Shown here: positions 12,041-26,771 of the stretch, piece by piece
Layout: each line of letters begins with the position of its first letter
How positions within the stretch are numbered: position 1 is the first letter of the stretch
Origin: Chrysomallon squamiferum
Lineage: Eukaryota > Animalia > Mollusca
Direction of reading: 5' to 3'
Assembly (NCBI GenBank): GCA_012295275.1
Contig: CM022665.1
Coordinates: 29,822,001-29,886,000 of the forward strand
DNA: 64,000 nt
Made by a program: the position numbers and the translations under genes
Notes under the pieces: generated by a model
What the model was told of the DNA's origin: nothing
What the model saw: the letters and a program-made list of their open reading frames with translations, nothing else
Database searches by the model: none

Positions 12041-15000
12041 TGACATGGCACCTCTATTCCATAGCAACTGGTTATTTATTTTGTTACTTCTTCACAGAGC
12101 TCCTCTCCATGGGAGGTTTTAGCTTGATGAGTTTTTATGTGTCAGGGTTTTCAAAATATATGAGGGGGAGGGTGTTTATTGTTGTTCTTTTTGTTTTTTA
12201 TTTTTTTCTATGGTTACCATTTAACATTGTGCAGGCATATGGTTTTTACACTACTTATTGAAAAACAAAGCACTGTGATAAAATACACTTTAACTTGAAC
12301 TTTAGTTTTTAAAATTTTAAACGTTTCAGTAATTTTGTGTGAAAGTTAATGTTAACAGACACCAGTTCTGTTCATGTGACATTTCAGAGTACATTGCATA
12401 TAGACATTCCAGAATGTTATCAGTGTTGTTGTATGCTTTGAATTTCTCCACAGTTGTAGTAAACCATAATCAGCTCAGTTTTATTTAATGTTGAAACATT
12501 CCTCACTTATTTTGATCACAGGAGCATTCTACAAATATTTTAAGTATCAAAAATTCACTCCAACTTTAACAGTGCTGGAAAGTTGTGACTTTTATTATTT
12601 AACATTTAAACAAAAACAATGATTTAGAACTAATCAGAAAAATCATATCATCAGTATGTAATCATTTCATCAGTATTTCTTGCAATCTAATTAATAATTA
12701 TTAAGATATATCCATGAATTTGCTCACAAATTATTCTTAATCAGAAACCTTGATTAGTTTAACAGATGTAAAATATTTACAAAATTAGATGAGGGACAAA
12801 ATACAAATATAAAGTTCAGCACAAAATACAAATATATGCATAAGAAAAATAATAAAAAGGTTCATTTTCTGATTTCAGAGATAAAGGTACTTCATATTTT
12901 GTATGCAGTTATATACTGCAGTAAGTATATTTAACAATATATCATAATTGCATGCACTGGGATACATATAGATACATACATTTATATATATACATATAGT
13001 TGGATATTTTTCAATTGAAACGGGTTGTTTTATCTTTATTGCCAATGTTGTTATTTTTCTTTTACTTCAGTTTTATCATAATTTTTTTTTTTTTTAATGT
13101 TTGTTTTTTTTGTGCTGTTTTACTTTTTCCATGTTCCAAAAATTGATGATTGTATTATTCAGGTCATTACATTTACAATGTGTTTAATTTTATGGCTTTT
13201 TTTGTCCAAACAGCTGTCACCTGATATATATTTTTATTTTTTTTTTTTTTTTTTTTTATGAGAAGGTTGGTATTTTAAAATATCTACATTCTACACATAA
13301 AAAAAATATGACTTATCCGTCCATTTTTGTGTATTCTTGCTTATCAAATTACCTAGCCATTGCCAGGGTCATTGTACTGAAGCCAATTTTGAAAGCAGTA
13401 TACATTTGGATGGTAACGTAGAAGATCCCTGTTGATATTTACAGAAACGGATTCAGTTGTTCCCTTAGTGCTAACTTGTCTCTGACCATGTAATATATTG
13501 TCATACGTCAGGGCTAATCACAGTTATGTTATTTATCTTAAAGAATGAAGAGCTCTGTCACATGACAAACCAATGATTTTGTAGACAGGACATAATTTTA
13601 AAGAATTTACCCAACCTGCTACACTTGCTTTCAGATAGTCAAAGATTTTAATGACTTGAGTTAAACAGAGACCCTTGATTCACTTTAATGTACAAATTAC
13701 TATACTATTGTGCTCCGATATCTCTTCACACCTGCAGGCAAAAAGAAAATCAAATATACTTATGGAGGCTAATAACAAATGCTAAAAATAATACTTTTAA
13801 TAAAATCACATCATTAAATAATGGCAGCTATATCATCTGAAATAAACAAGTAGATGAATGACAAGTTTGACAATTCAAAAACTGTTCATATTTTAGGGAT
13901 ATTTCTTTTCCTCTCCTTGCATGAGACTAGTCATAAAGTGGCACTGTACAGCTTAAAATATTAAAATGAAGCTTTATTCTGCAGAATACTTTATTATTAT
14001 TACTTCTTCTTGTTTTCCTTTTCTTTTTGTAGTTTTTTTTTCTTCTTTTTTTTTCTTTTGTTATCATTTTTTTATAGTTAATATTACAACATAAAATACC
14101 AAAAATTAAGATGAAGCTTTAAGCTAGATGTTTTTCTTATAACAATTATTACTCTGTAGCAACCACAACTATTATTCTTGTTGATGTTAATATTTAACAT
14201 CATTTGCTATTCTATTAATAGCAAAATTAAAATATGTATGTTGTGATGTGTTCATGAGTTGTTACAAGTATTTTTATATTTCAATGTACATTTGTTCTGT
14301 CATATTACCTCTGATATTTCAGTCTTCTCTGAAGCTTTTCATTTTATTTTTTATATTACACTGAAGTCATTAAATAATTTCTACTTAAGTAGTTGCTGGA
14401 TAAAAATAGTTACAGTTTTATGATTTAAATGATAAAATTCAAATATCTGCCTATTTAATTTTTTTGTCTTAATTTGTTTTACTATTAACTATAGATAAAA
14501 CATTAGAATTAGAATACAATTCATAACTGCAAGGCAACATTGATTGCTACAAGATGTTACAGAACTTGAAAAAGTGTATTTGCCATGTATAATAGTAGCA
14601 AGGATTTTTCAATAGATAGTGGTATCTGTTACAGTAATAAAAATGGTGTTATGGATTAATGAACAGCTGTCACCTGGCATCAGTATTTCAGAACAAATTA
14701 CATCCTGAAACTATTTTAATATACATTACTGTCACCACTCCCTGCCTTATGTCTGTGCTGTATGTAATCATATGATTTGTAAGATAACATTCATTAATAA
14801 ACATTCATTGTCTTCCTGTGCATCTTAATACAAAATACAGTTTCAATGCAATGAATATATATGTACTTATTTTGTACTGCACATGATGCAGCATTATTTA
14901 AATTCTTAGTCATTCAAACATGCTTTTGTTACTATGTTTGCTTAGTGTTCAGAAAAGATCTCATTGTTAAATTAACTCAGTGATATCTATTTTTCTTTTT

Positions 15001-16417
15001 AAGGAATAAATTAATTAGTTTAAAACACAAATGACATTGTGATATTAAAGAATGTGTTCTTTTTATTTTTGTTTGTTTTTGCCTTTTATTTTTAATAATT
15101 TAGTAACTGATAAAATTCTTAACATTTTAATCAGTGATACCCATTATCTCAATTAGATTGGAAATACTAAAAAGAAATAATGACAAAGATAGTGTTATTA
15201 ATAACAGAAACATGAAATCATTTTATATGAATTTTTCTTAAGACTGGAAACATTATACCACAGGACTTTGGATACCCAGATTTTGAAAATACCAGATCTC
15301 ACTTACAACAACAGAAACCTACAAGCTGTCAACTGAACTGCTGACATTTAGGAGTTCCACATTTATCTTAGAACATTGTATTAACATACTTTTATGCACT
15401 TACAAAACTCTTGCTCTAATTGATAAATCAATCTCTGCAATTACAAAAATTCCACATAACCAGATCATTCTGCTAAAAAATGACCTATTCAAAAAAGTGT
15501 TGAACAAATGTATTATGTCTGTCAAAGATTTAATCAAGTGGTAATGTAAACCAGTTAAATACTGCAGTTGCTAACAATTGACAGCTTCTTTGATTTTTGG
15601 GATTATATGCTGGCTTTAAAAGTAATATAATATTATATTGAACAGTATTGTTTAACATTAAATTTGTTTTAAGAATAAATCTCCCAATAACATTTTTTTC
15701 TCTTGAACAAATGCACCATTGATTCTACAGGATTATATAGCTGGATATTAATTAGCACTTGTAAATTAATTTTTGAAAGGGGAAACAAAGATATTAAAAT
15801 ACAACTTATTTCAAGCATATTCTAGAACAATAATAAATGCTCTGTGCATCTTCAATTGTTCAACTTTACACATGTATGTCTGACAATGGTGCAATGGCTA
15901 AATTAGGTTCATGTTTCTCTACCAACACTGGCACAAGATAAGATTTATGAGGAATGATAAATTACAAATATAAAATGATATCTTGACTGGAATTATTGCA
16001 CTATAAAGTCAGCAAGCAGCAAAATATTTATACTATCACATCTGCTGTAACATATTTATGATGTATAGGCATTGTAACTGGTGCTTGTTGTTTTTTAAAA
16101 TTGTTTTTAAGGCTATCTTTGCATTAAAAAGATTACCTTATTTAAAAAAAAAAAAAAAAAAAAATTAAAAATATATATTCCCTCACACACACCAGTTTTA
16201 GAGTCAAAATCTTTTCATCACAATTCAGTTATACCAACATACATCTGATGCATTAACATCATACAAAAGCTTCATGCTCAAAATACCTAATATTAATTTT
16301 TAGACAATAGTTCTGTCCAGATCTATAGTACGATTTTATTAATTAAATTATATTTTCGTAATCATGTTAATTTATTTTCATATGAGTGTCCATGTTACAT
16401 GAAAAAGGCTGTTTTAT

Positions 16418-16452
<35 letters not shown>

Positions 16453-16492
16453 AAGAAAATAAGAAATTCAGTATGTTCTTATTTCATTTGCA

Positions 16493-16737
16493 GTTGCACT
16501 AGGACTATGTTGGCGCCTATGCCGAGGTTGGTCTGACAATTATTTACGTCTGAACTGCCTGAACTTGATAGGAGGGACAATTTATGATCAGTATCAATGG
16601 TTGCTTATCAGTAACAAGAAAGCTTGGTGGCTTTCCATATACTTGAAACAAAACAATGAAACTGCAATCATTTGGTGAAGAAACCCCAGAATTCACCATG
16701 GGCACCAGTTATCTGACCTGGGCACAAGCTGCCTTGG
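16493..16737 (+). other. Candidate non-coding exon between TMEM229B and GALNT7
   Basis: TTTCATTTGCAG acceptor and TGG|GTACGT donor, GC-richer than the flanks. A further acceptor (TTCTAG|GTGC, ~17128) precedes the GALNT7 ATG. Confidence 0.45.
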
Positions 16738-17339
16738 GTACGTCTACGAATTGTCTTTAATTCACTTATGATAATGAATTTACTGTAGCTTTTAATAACT
16801 TGTTCCTTTGAAGAAATATTTCTGAAATAAAATATTTAAAATTTGACGAGTATTATCTTTTAAATAATGTAACCTGATTTGGCATGTTACAGCTTTAAAT
16901 ATCATTTAATGATTTATCAATACTGGTTTTGCTTCGTAAATTGCATGGAGTTACTGTTCTTGACAACGATTTATTTTATTTCATTTTAACAATAACCAGT
17001 CTAGATGATTAGACTGAACACCGTCATGAGACAGTACGTGTTTCCTGTCCACCTGGCTATTGAGTTTGTTGACGTTTTGTTGTCAACATTTGCAAAAACG
17101 AACACTGTTTCATGTTTTACATTCTAGGTGCATACAAATAACTGCCACCAAAGGGACTCGGTTAAGAATCATATTAACAAACAACTGCTGGGCATTAATT
17201 TTACTGCTATAATTTCATATTAACCAAATATTTGTGAGACCAGGCACTAGTTATTACTAGACATAACCTTTTGTGATTGAAAGATTTGAGATTGCAGTTG
17301 ATCGATTCATGACACATTTTAATATTGTTTTAAATCAAC

Positions 17340-20300
17340 ATGACGCGGCTAACTAAATTACTTATGAGAAAGACATTTATTTTAAAATTAGGATTTTGTG
17401 TAGCACTTCTGCTGCTTGTTGGACCATATATATTTCATCTTTATGACGAATCCAGTGACCAGAAGCCACCAATTGTGAAAAGAAGTGGAAAATTCCTTGT
17501 AAGTTTTATTACTGTCAGTATACAGCGTTTCTTTCTGTTACAAAATCATAGCTTTTTACTCATGTCTATCCCATTACAAACACTTTACATAATAATAGTA
17601 GTAAACTGCACAATTTTAGTTATTAATAATATTATATGTCTTTACACATATCTGTATTTCCATAGGATATTAAACTGCTGGGTATGTTCGGTGTTAGAAA
17701 CATTTCCAACTGACTATGTTATAAGTAATATTTAAACAAATTTGAGAATTTTAAAATGATATAATTATTATTATATAAATTAATTTTTCAGAATTTTGAA
17801 AAAGCAATTGACCAAATTGTTCCAAATTTGAAACAAGAAAGAGCTATACCCAAGCCACAACTTAATGAAGATGTTGTTGATTTTGTCATGGAAAAAGAAG
17901 GACCTGTGGCTGTGATGAAGAAAGGTGTAATAGGCAATTATGAACCTAAAGAACCAGAAGGCAGATCAGGACCAGGTCATTTTTTCTTCTTTTCTTTCCC
18001 TTTAAATTTCATGACAATAATTTTTACTTCAGATATGAAATTATTGCAGGGAGATAATACTGTGGAATCTAGATTTTGAAAATAAATTGATACAAGATCG
18101 GAAATGCTTTGATTTATCAGTCAGAGGACACTGAATGGAATGAGAATTTTCCCAGTGGATGTTTGTTGTTTATTTGTTGAGGGGGGGGATTATTTGATTG
18201 GAATCAGTATATCCCACAGGGTATGATGGGAGTCTTGGCCTCTTTACCTTTCTCAAAATCCCTGTGAGTATGTGGATGTGTATAAAATGTGAAAAGTGTA
18301 TTTCCTTTAAGAATTATTTACCTTTAATGTTTGTTTTTCAAAACTGAATTAGGTGAAAATGGTGAGCCTGTCTATACAACAATGGAAGAAAAAAGTCGAG
18401 CTCAACAGTCAGAAAGGGAATATGGCTTCAACATGGTCAACAGTGATAAGATTGCAATGGATCGAACTGTTCCAGATACCAGAATGGAAGAGTACGGACT
18501 TACTCATTATAATTATAAATTTTTCACCAAATAATTTCATATTGTACAAAGGATCTGTTGGTTTTTCTTTCCTGTCATTTGAATAAATTATTTCCCATTT
18601 CCCTTTTGTACGTTATGCTATAATGTGTCCAAATAGTCTAACGAAAATCATATAAAGAAGTTAATTTATAAACAATAAGAATTTAATTTCAGTGAATATG
18701 GTCCACATGATTCGTTAGACATCTGTGTTCCACTGTACTGAACTTGACTTTACATAAGAACCTACTTTGTAGTAGGTTATAGGAATTCATTCTTTTTATT
18801 TCAGTTCCATACTTATCTCATACACCAAAATTATAGAAAGTGGTCTCATAACATGGATATTTTAATGGCTATATTACTTGTATTCAAAATAATATGTTCT
18901 GTATTTTATGATCTTAAATTTGTTTGTTTAAACATCCAAGTTTAAATTTGTCTCTGCAGTAGTTAGTTATAATTACTTTTAATTTTACATTTACTAATAT
19001 AATATGAATTTTTGAAACCTTGTGTTATTTGTGTAGAAGTTTATTTTGGTTTTGAATTTAACAAGAATTTGTTTAAATAAATTACATTTAAACAAACTTC
19101 TTATTATTATTTTTAAGACTGTTTGCCATATTTAAATTTCAGGGGCATGTCTTACTAGAGAACAAGACACAATAGATTGAATATTTATCATATTTCAGAT
19201 GTAAATATTGGTGGTATCCAGAAAAACTGCCTACAGCTAGTGTGATTCTAGCATTCCACAATGAGGGTTGGTCAACCCTTGTCCGAACAGTTCACAGTGT
19301 AATCAACACTTCTCCTCCACAGATTCTTAAAGAAGTTGTTATGGTGGATGATTTCAGTGATAAAGGTTTGCCTATAAAAATACCAGAGATTTGTTTTTTA
19401 TTAAAACATTTCCAGAGTTAAAAAATATATCTTTATTTACTTTTATCCTTCATTTTGATCATTTTAATACTGAATTTTTTTAGGAGATATCCTTTCTTTA
19501 TATATAAAAAGAGTTAGCAGAAATGTTTATTCCTTTTCATATCTTAAGCTTAAATTACACTGAATAAATATATTAAACTTTTATTTGTATTTCACTTATT
19601 TTATTAATATAAGAGGTTGTTTTTTTCAAATTGTTTTTATATTATTCTGGATGTTGATTTGAAATTTAATTAGTAATGTGTAACCAGAATAAAAAAACAA
19701 TCTGTAAATGAATAAAAGAAAACCCCAATTTCTTTATATAATGTCATAATCTGTATCTTGTTTATATTTTAATTGTGATATTAATATTTCAGCTGATCTT
19801 AAAGAAAAACTTGAAGAATACATAAAAAGATTTAATGGGAAGGTGAAACTTTATAGAAACCCAGAAAGACTTGGATTAATACAGACACGAACCCGTGGTG
19901 CCCAGTTAGCCACTGCTGATACCATTGTGTTTCTTGATGCCCATTGTGAATGTAACAGAAACTGGTTGCCTCCCTTGATGACTCGTATTTTGCATAACAG
20001 GTAAATCATCGTTACTTATTTGGATCAAACAAGTAGCTAAAGTGAATTATTATGATTTCCATAATAATTTGTGTTAAATGCAAACATGTGTCCATATTTA
20101 TTTATGTAAGTCTGTTCTTGTTTATTATTAATTTACACTGGTTTCTAATAATTATTTGAATAATTGTGATAATGTTGAGAAAATCTGTAAAGTACTTTTT
20201 AATGGGACAGCCTAGGAATTTTGTACAGTTTAAATTTGTTGTCTTTTTTTAAGATTATGCCTTTGTCCTTTTAAGCCAATCATATTAAAATTCATTTCAT

Positions 20301-21466
20301 TTTTTTTTTTTTTTTTTTAGCAGCAATTTGCACCATGAACCCTGTGACTGTAAAATGTCCCCTCATAAAAATCTCAAAAAAAATCCTATTTCATGTTGGC
20401 TAAGCACATTTACATGCAAAATTGGTTGCACAGGCTCCAAATGAATATTTTAATACTCTTTACCAGTGTTTTTATTCACCTTCAATGACAAAATTGTGAC
20501 TTGCTTCTGGACTGTTGATTTTATAAAAAATTTTTGTTATTTAAAAGTTGCATATAGCATAATAATTAATTAGTTCTAAAAGATTAGTGCTTTACTGCTA
20601 AGAACATATAAGTAACTGACAGGTTAGTTAGCCACTTAAATTCAAGAAAAATAGTCAATGCTGTTAGCTTCCAAAATGATTCAGGAAAATGACATAATGC
20701 AACTATGCATTACCTAATGTGTCATGTAATAACAGGCCACCACAATGATATCACTTTGTCATTTGTATTGGCTGGCTGTATCAAGTTCAGGCCTGACATG
20801 TGCTTTGGATCTTTCAAGTAAACATTCTGGTACCTAATTTAAATGACATTGTGCAGGTTGCCACAGCAGCATCCTCACCAAGTATTCTTACTCCACAGCT
20901 TTGTGACAGGGGCAGGCAGTGTGATTTATTCCACCAGAGACTGGACATCCTTTCTGTCAGAATGGTTGCAAAAAGGGACTAAAGAAATTCCATCACCTTT
21001 CTGTTCAAATTCAGTGGCAAAGTCAGTCAGTGATTTATGACTTGCTAACTGAACCCACATTCCTGGCTTAAACAGAGGAATCATTACTTCTATCAGCAGA
21101 TAAAAGAGTATGTTGATGTAAAGAATCTAAAGCATCTGGTTTGCCCAGAGCCTTTCCATTCTGTGAAATCATCAACTAGTGCTGTCACCTCTGACACTGA
21201 CATTTGAAAAGAAAAAAAAGCAACAAGCACAAGCACAAAAATAATAAATAACTAAAAATTTAATTTTATTAGTTTTTGTTGCATTCCAGCCATGTACTGG
21301 ACAAAATGTAAAAAATTAATCCAATATTAAAAAAAATAGAAATTTCTGCTCAACATACCATTAACAAATTTGTTGTCAGTAAATAATTTTGTGCTCAGAA
21401 TGAATACTTACTTTGAGTAGCTTTCTTTTCACTGCTAATTTTGATACCAAATACAGATCTTTTACA

Positions 21467-21497
<31 letters not shown>

Positions 21498-24400
21498 TAA
21501 ACCTTTCTGGAGAATAAAGTTTTCAGTTTTAGGTCACTCAAACCTGTGTAAACAAAATTAATGGCTAAAATATTTGAAGTCTGTTGGATATTTTTTTTTT
21601 TTTTTTTTTTTACTTGACTTTCTATATGCATTTAGATTTAATTGAAACCTTAAATTCTTAGAAGTCACCAATATTCCTTATTTTCTCACACATGGTCACA
21701 ACTGTTTGGACATTTCTGATTCATTTTAATGTTAATTGGTTTATTTCTGTTTAGGAAAACAATGGCTGTTCCAATAGTAGATGGAATAGACTGGGACAAT
21801 TTTCGTTATCGCCCAGTATACACAACAAACCATCATCGTGGAATTTTTGAATGGGGATTTCTCTACAAGGAAAGTCAGGTTCCACAGAAAGAGCTTTCCA
21901 CCAGAACCTACAACAGTGAGCCATATAAGTGAGTTGTTTATTAAATTTAATAGAAAAATTAAACACTTTGCTGGGGATAAAAAAAAAGTCATTAGACTTG
22001 CAAAAATTAGTTACAGAAAGTAGAATATTTGAATCATTTAGAAATAATAATAATAAAAAATAATGGCTATTTACAGTGTTATATAGAACCGTTTATGGGG
22101 TTTCTGTTATTTTTTGTTTGGTTTTATTTATTTATTGTTTTTTTTTTTTTTTTTTTTTTTTTTTTCCTCCTAAACTTGCAGTCTCAAAACATTTTATAAC
22201 TAAAGTTTCATCCTGTCAAGAAACTATTTATTTTTAACTTAAAAACCTGGTCAGTTAAATTTTTATCATTCTTTAATAACAGATCCCCAACTCATGCGGG
22301 AGGTTTGTTTGCTATGGAAAAAAAATACTTTTTTGAACTTGGTGCTTATGATCCAGGCATGCTGATATGGGGAGGTGAAAACTTCGAACTTTCTTTTAAG
22401 GTAAGTTGTTATTTCAGCCAGTGATAATCAATTTAAATAGAATACTTATTTGTCATTATTATTGTTATTGATGTTTGTATTGTTTTGTTTTTTTTGTTGT
22501 TTTTTTTGAGATGGGGTTGGTTTTTGTGTACTTTTTAAAATAATAATATATATTATTTGTATTTTTTAAATTTAGATTTGGCAGTGTGGTGGTGTTATTG
22601 AATGGGTACCTTGTTCAAGAGTGGGCCATGTTTACAGGAATCATATGCCATATGGGTTTGGAAAAGTTAATCACAAAATACCAGTTATTTTAATGGTGAG
22701 TTAAAACTGAAAAATTTCAGTCAAATTTTGTTAGAACAATTCAGCTGTTAAAAAGAAATTGTATCAATAATTGCTACACATTTCAAATCAATATGGATAC
22801 TTCTAAAATTTAGATTCATAATATAATTTATAATTTTAAAAATATACTTTATTTCACTTGTAATAAATAAAGACATTTATACACATTTTATTTAAATTTT
22901 AGGTTTCTCGAAAAATTTAATTTTTTTAAGAATGTTTTTTTTTTTTTTTTTTGGCTGTTGTTGTTGTTTTTAGAATTATATGCGAGTAGTTGAAGTTTGG
23001 TTAGATGATGAATTCAAAGAGTACTTCTACACCAGAGAACCAACGATAAAAGGATATCCTATAGGAAACCTGACTAAACAGTTGCAATTCAAGAAGGATA
23101 ACCATTGTAAAAGTTTCAAATGGTTCATGGAAAATGTAGCCTATGAAGTATTTGACCGTTTTCCACCACTGCCACCAAATAAGGCTTGGGGAGAGGTATG
23201 ACTGTTTATCAGAGAGTTTTAACCTTTGTGAGTTAAAGGCATACTGAAAAAAAATACCCCATTATAAAAAAAAAAAAGTTTTTAAATAAGTATTACGTAT
23301 GTGTTTAAAAGTCTGTTTTATAAATTTAATCCATAATAATGTTTTTCTCTTGACTATAAGTATAAAAAAAAGAAAATTTGTAAAAATATAATATAATCAT
23401 TTCTTTAAATTCTTCCCCTTCATGGCACACTTGTTCAAAATTGTTGATCAGTATTGTTATAAAATTAATGAATAATGAATTTTTAACCAAAGAGTCCCCA
23501 TGCAACCATGTCTCTTTTAATTTATTATATATAGTTTGTCAGTGTTTAATAAAACAATAATGTTACTGATATACAATATCCACAGAAATTTCTCTGTTAA
23601 AAGAAAATGAAGATATAGACAACTTCATGGATAAGGTATCTTTTATTTTTTGTAATTACATTTTTTAAAGTTATTACCTTCTAAATTCTGTATAATTAAC
23701 TAATTAAATTGATCATCAGTTTGTAATACTTTTTTCAAATCTGGCTGATGTAAGAATGATTTTTATCAACAGTTTAAAGAAAGACATGGACAGCGCTGCT
23801 GGGATCTGATAGGTCAGACTGTGAATGGAGGGCCCATAGGAGCATACTACTGTCACCATGGAGGAGGCAATCAGGTAACAGAGAAAACTGTTTTTTAACT
23901 GCTTTCTGGTTTATAAAAGGAATAGATGAACAAAAATAATAATAACAACATCACACACACACACACACACACACATATATTTTCTGTTTTGGTCTTTTAT
24001 GATTCTCAAATTTAATTACAAGAGAAACAAATTTCTGTGCATTTACATGGTTCATGAATCAGTGTTTCCACAACTGGGACCCTTCAGTGGTCCCATTAAA
24101 GTCTTTGACCATGAAAATTATTACCCTTATGATTTGTTATTTTTATTAATCAGACCATTAGATTAAAATAGGAAGTTTTGTTGATATGTCAAATTCAGTC
24201 ATATGGAGCTGATGTTTTAGAACATTTAAAACTGAAGGTGAAGATACTCCTCATTATAGATGTAGTCACACTGCATTACAATAAACACAAGAAAACCTTC
24301 TACTTTTCAAAGCAGTATTTGCTATTTTTAGCCTGGTCTTTTTTCCCTAAGTTATTTATTTTATTTATATTTAATATAGTTATTCAGATTAAATACTAAA

Positions 24401-25447
24401 GGTCAGCTGGCTTATGGAGAGCGATGCCTGGAATCAGACAATGGAGACACATTACACTTACATTTCTGTGAAGTACAGCCAACAGGACCTTGGGATTATG
24501 ATACGGTAAAATATTTTGTCATTTTCATCACACTATTATACGTGAAATTTGTTTCCCAATTTTCCTAGTTGATTTGGATCCAAGTATTATTAATGTATTT
24601 TTGTCCACACATAGTCAAGTTACTATAGAATTTCTTTTCTATTTTTCTTCATCAAGATTTATTATGTATCAGGATTCAAGCTAGGAGATGACATGGGGAA
24701 AATAATAACTCTTTTGTACTAAACTTCACCTTACAAAAATAACATGTTAAAATTAATGCTGCTGACTTTTCAGTTTCATTATTTGTAGCTACAAAGAAGC
24801 CAATGTGAAGATCATTAATAAGCCTTATTCTTTTTTTCTGCAAGTCTCAGTGGAATTTTGGAATTACAGTAAACACAAATTTTATTCCATTAAGTTAATT
24901 GATACAAACTTTGTGTCTACAACTGAGCACTGCAGAGATGGTTGCCTGTCACCAGCTAGTCACATGGAAAGAGATCTTGTGACTAACTGTATGAATAGCT
25001 GCATATTTGTGATTAGATGTTGACAATAAACATAGTTCTTTTAAACTTGTACACAGATTAAATTAATTAAATTAAATGATAAATGACTGTGCATAATTAC
25101 ATGTGTAGTAAAGATTACAGCTTACAAACCTAACCAAGCAGGGATTTAAGACTCGACACAGTAGGCTGAAAGTAATCATAAATAACATCAGAATAAAACT
25201 TTTTAAAGATATTAGATCGCTTACTGCATGAATCTGTATTTAAAAAAAAATGTTGTTGTGTTTTTTCTTGTCATCAGTCTGTTAAAATTTATTCTTCTTG
25301 TCACAGGATACTGGCCTGATTAGTAACAAAGACCATGATAAATGTGTAGAGATTGGACAGGATGAACGACTTCACCTGCAACCATGTGATCCAGCTGCAA
25401 AAGCACAACAGTTTGTCATCAATGAAATTTTCCCCTGGAAAAGATAA
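17340..25447 (+). CDS. GALNT7: Polypeptide N-acetylgalactosaminyltransferase 7-like, ~619 aa, 12 coding exons
   Basis: Exons 17340-17498, 17792-17975, 18353-18491, 19199-19365, 19793-20000, 21755-21928, 22283-22400, 22576-22695, 22974-23195, 23773-23874, 24380-24505 and 25307-25447 are all GT-AG with compatible phases. The protein has an N-terminal TM anchor, [22 protein letters not shown], the DxH motif [16 protein letters not shown] (typical of invertebrate T7), [17 protein letters not shown], and a C-terminal ricin-type lectin region (CHHGGGNQ). Confidence 0.92.
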
Positions 25448-26386
25448 TACAAGTTATTAATTTCATTCAGTTTATTTGTTATTTTGATATTAATTTATTA
25501 AATAAAATATTTTTTTTTTTTAACTAACAGCCAAAAGTGTAGGTTTGAGATATACATATTTTATTATTAGTATCAATTTAAAGCAATCCACAGATAATCA
25601 CATTCCAGTCATTTCAAATCACAATAAATTGTAATTTTTGGATAGTACAGATTTACTCCAGAAAATAAAATAATTTAATAAAAAATATTCCTTAGAACAG
25701 ATATGAAATTTGTATATGTCGGCCCCTATTTAGTCTTAATTCATGAGATATTTTAATTTAAAAAGCAAAATTATTTTACCACGAGGAAGTGATTCCAGAT
25801 CCAGACTACCAGTCATACCATAGAAATATGAGATTTTCAGAAGGTGCATATAGTTTTTAAATAATAATGTACTTCTTTTTATAAAGTGTTATTTTGAAGT
25901 GAATTTTTTCAGTTTGTTTATTTATTATTTTTTGTGTGGGAGAGGAGCAGTCTTTATCAATAACTAGGGTTTATATAATACATGAAGAGAGTCAAATATA
26001 ATTATTGTAAGGTTCCAGAATCTTAACCATGAAGTTGTACTTAAAAGTCATGTTTGGTGTGTTCTACTAAACAAACAATATGTGCCTTTGTTCACTACTT
26101 ACATCATAGTTAGCATTTGTGATTGGTTCCATTGTAATTAGTGTTGTATGAAATCCCAGTCATATCGAATTTGTTTAAAAAAATGTTAATTTGTGATATC
26201 ACAATCTCTTTTTTAGAAATATGTCTACTGGTATAATACTTTTTCCAGTCTAATGATTAAACAGGCATTTGGTTTTTTTTCTTTCTTTTTTTCATGACTT
26301 TTTAATTTATGTGTTAAGAAGTCGTGTGTGTGTGTCTTTATATATTCATTGTAAATTACTTGATATATAGAAAAAAGAAAGAGAGA

Positions 26387-26423
<37 letters not shown>

Positions 26424-26452
26424 TGTTCAATGTTACTTCTTTAGTATTTAAA

Positions 26453-26771
26453 AGACATTTAGAAAACAAGTTTCATTTAAACAAATAATAAATTATTGTT
26501 ATTTAAGAACTATATTGTTTTGATATGTCGTTTGTAGGCAACAAAAAAAATCAGTGCACATGAATCTAGCACTCTTGAGTCGTGAGTTGAGAAGAGAAAC
26601 GGTTAATTTCGTTTAGTTTTTGAATTATTTAGGATTGCAGGAAATAAATAACTGGTTACTATCTTAAGGTGTCAGCTTTATCCTGATTGTAAAAGCATCA
26701 GTGTAATATGGCATTCTGATTTTCACGCGATAAAGCTGACATCATAAGACCATAAATAGTTATTTCCTGCA
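26453..26771 (+). repeat. Dispersed repeat copy B with terminal imperfect hairpin
   Basis: The 5' part matches 821-963 and the middle matches the reverse complement of ~34619-34719. Inverted arms lie at 26636-26682 and 26729-26771. Confidence 0.85.

Noticed and set aside
12038-12064. TGA TGA as selenocysteine or readthrough in TMEM229B
   Set aside because: The protein is already full length for the family, a TAG follows within a few codons, and no SECIS was recognised.
20690-21210. GC-richer block with short ORFs in GALNT7 intron 5
   Set aside because: No recognisable domain or convincing splice-site pair, and the GALNT7 frame is complete without it.
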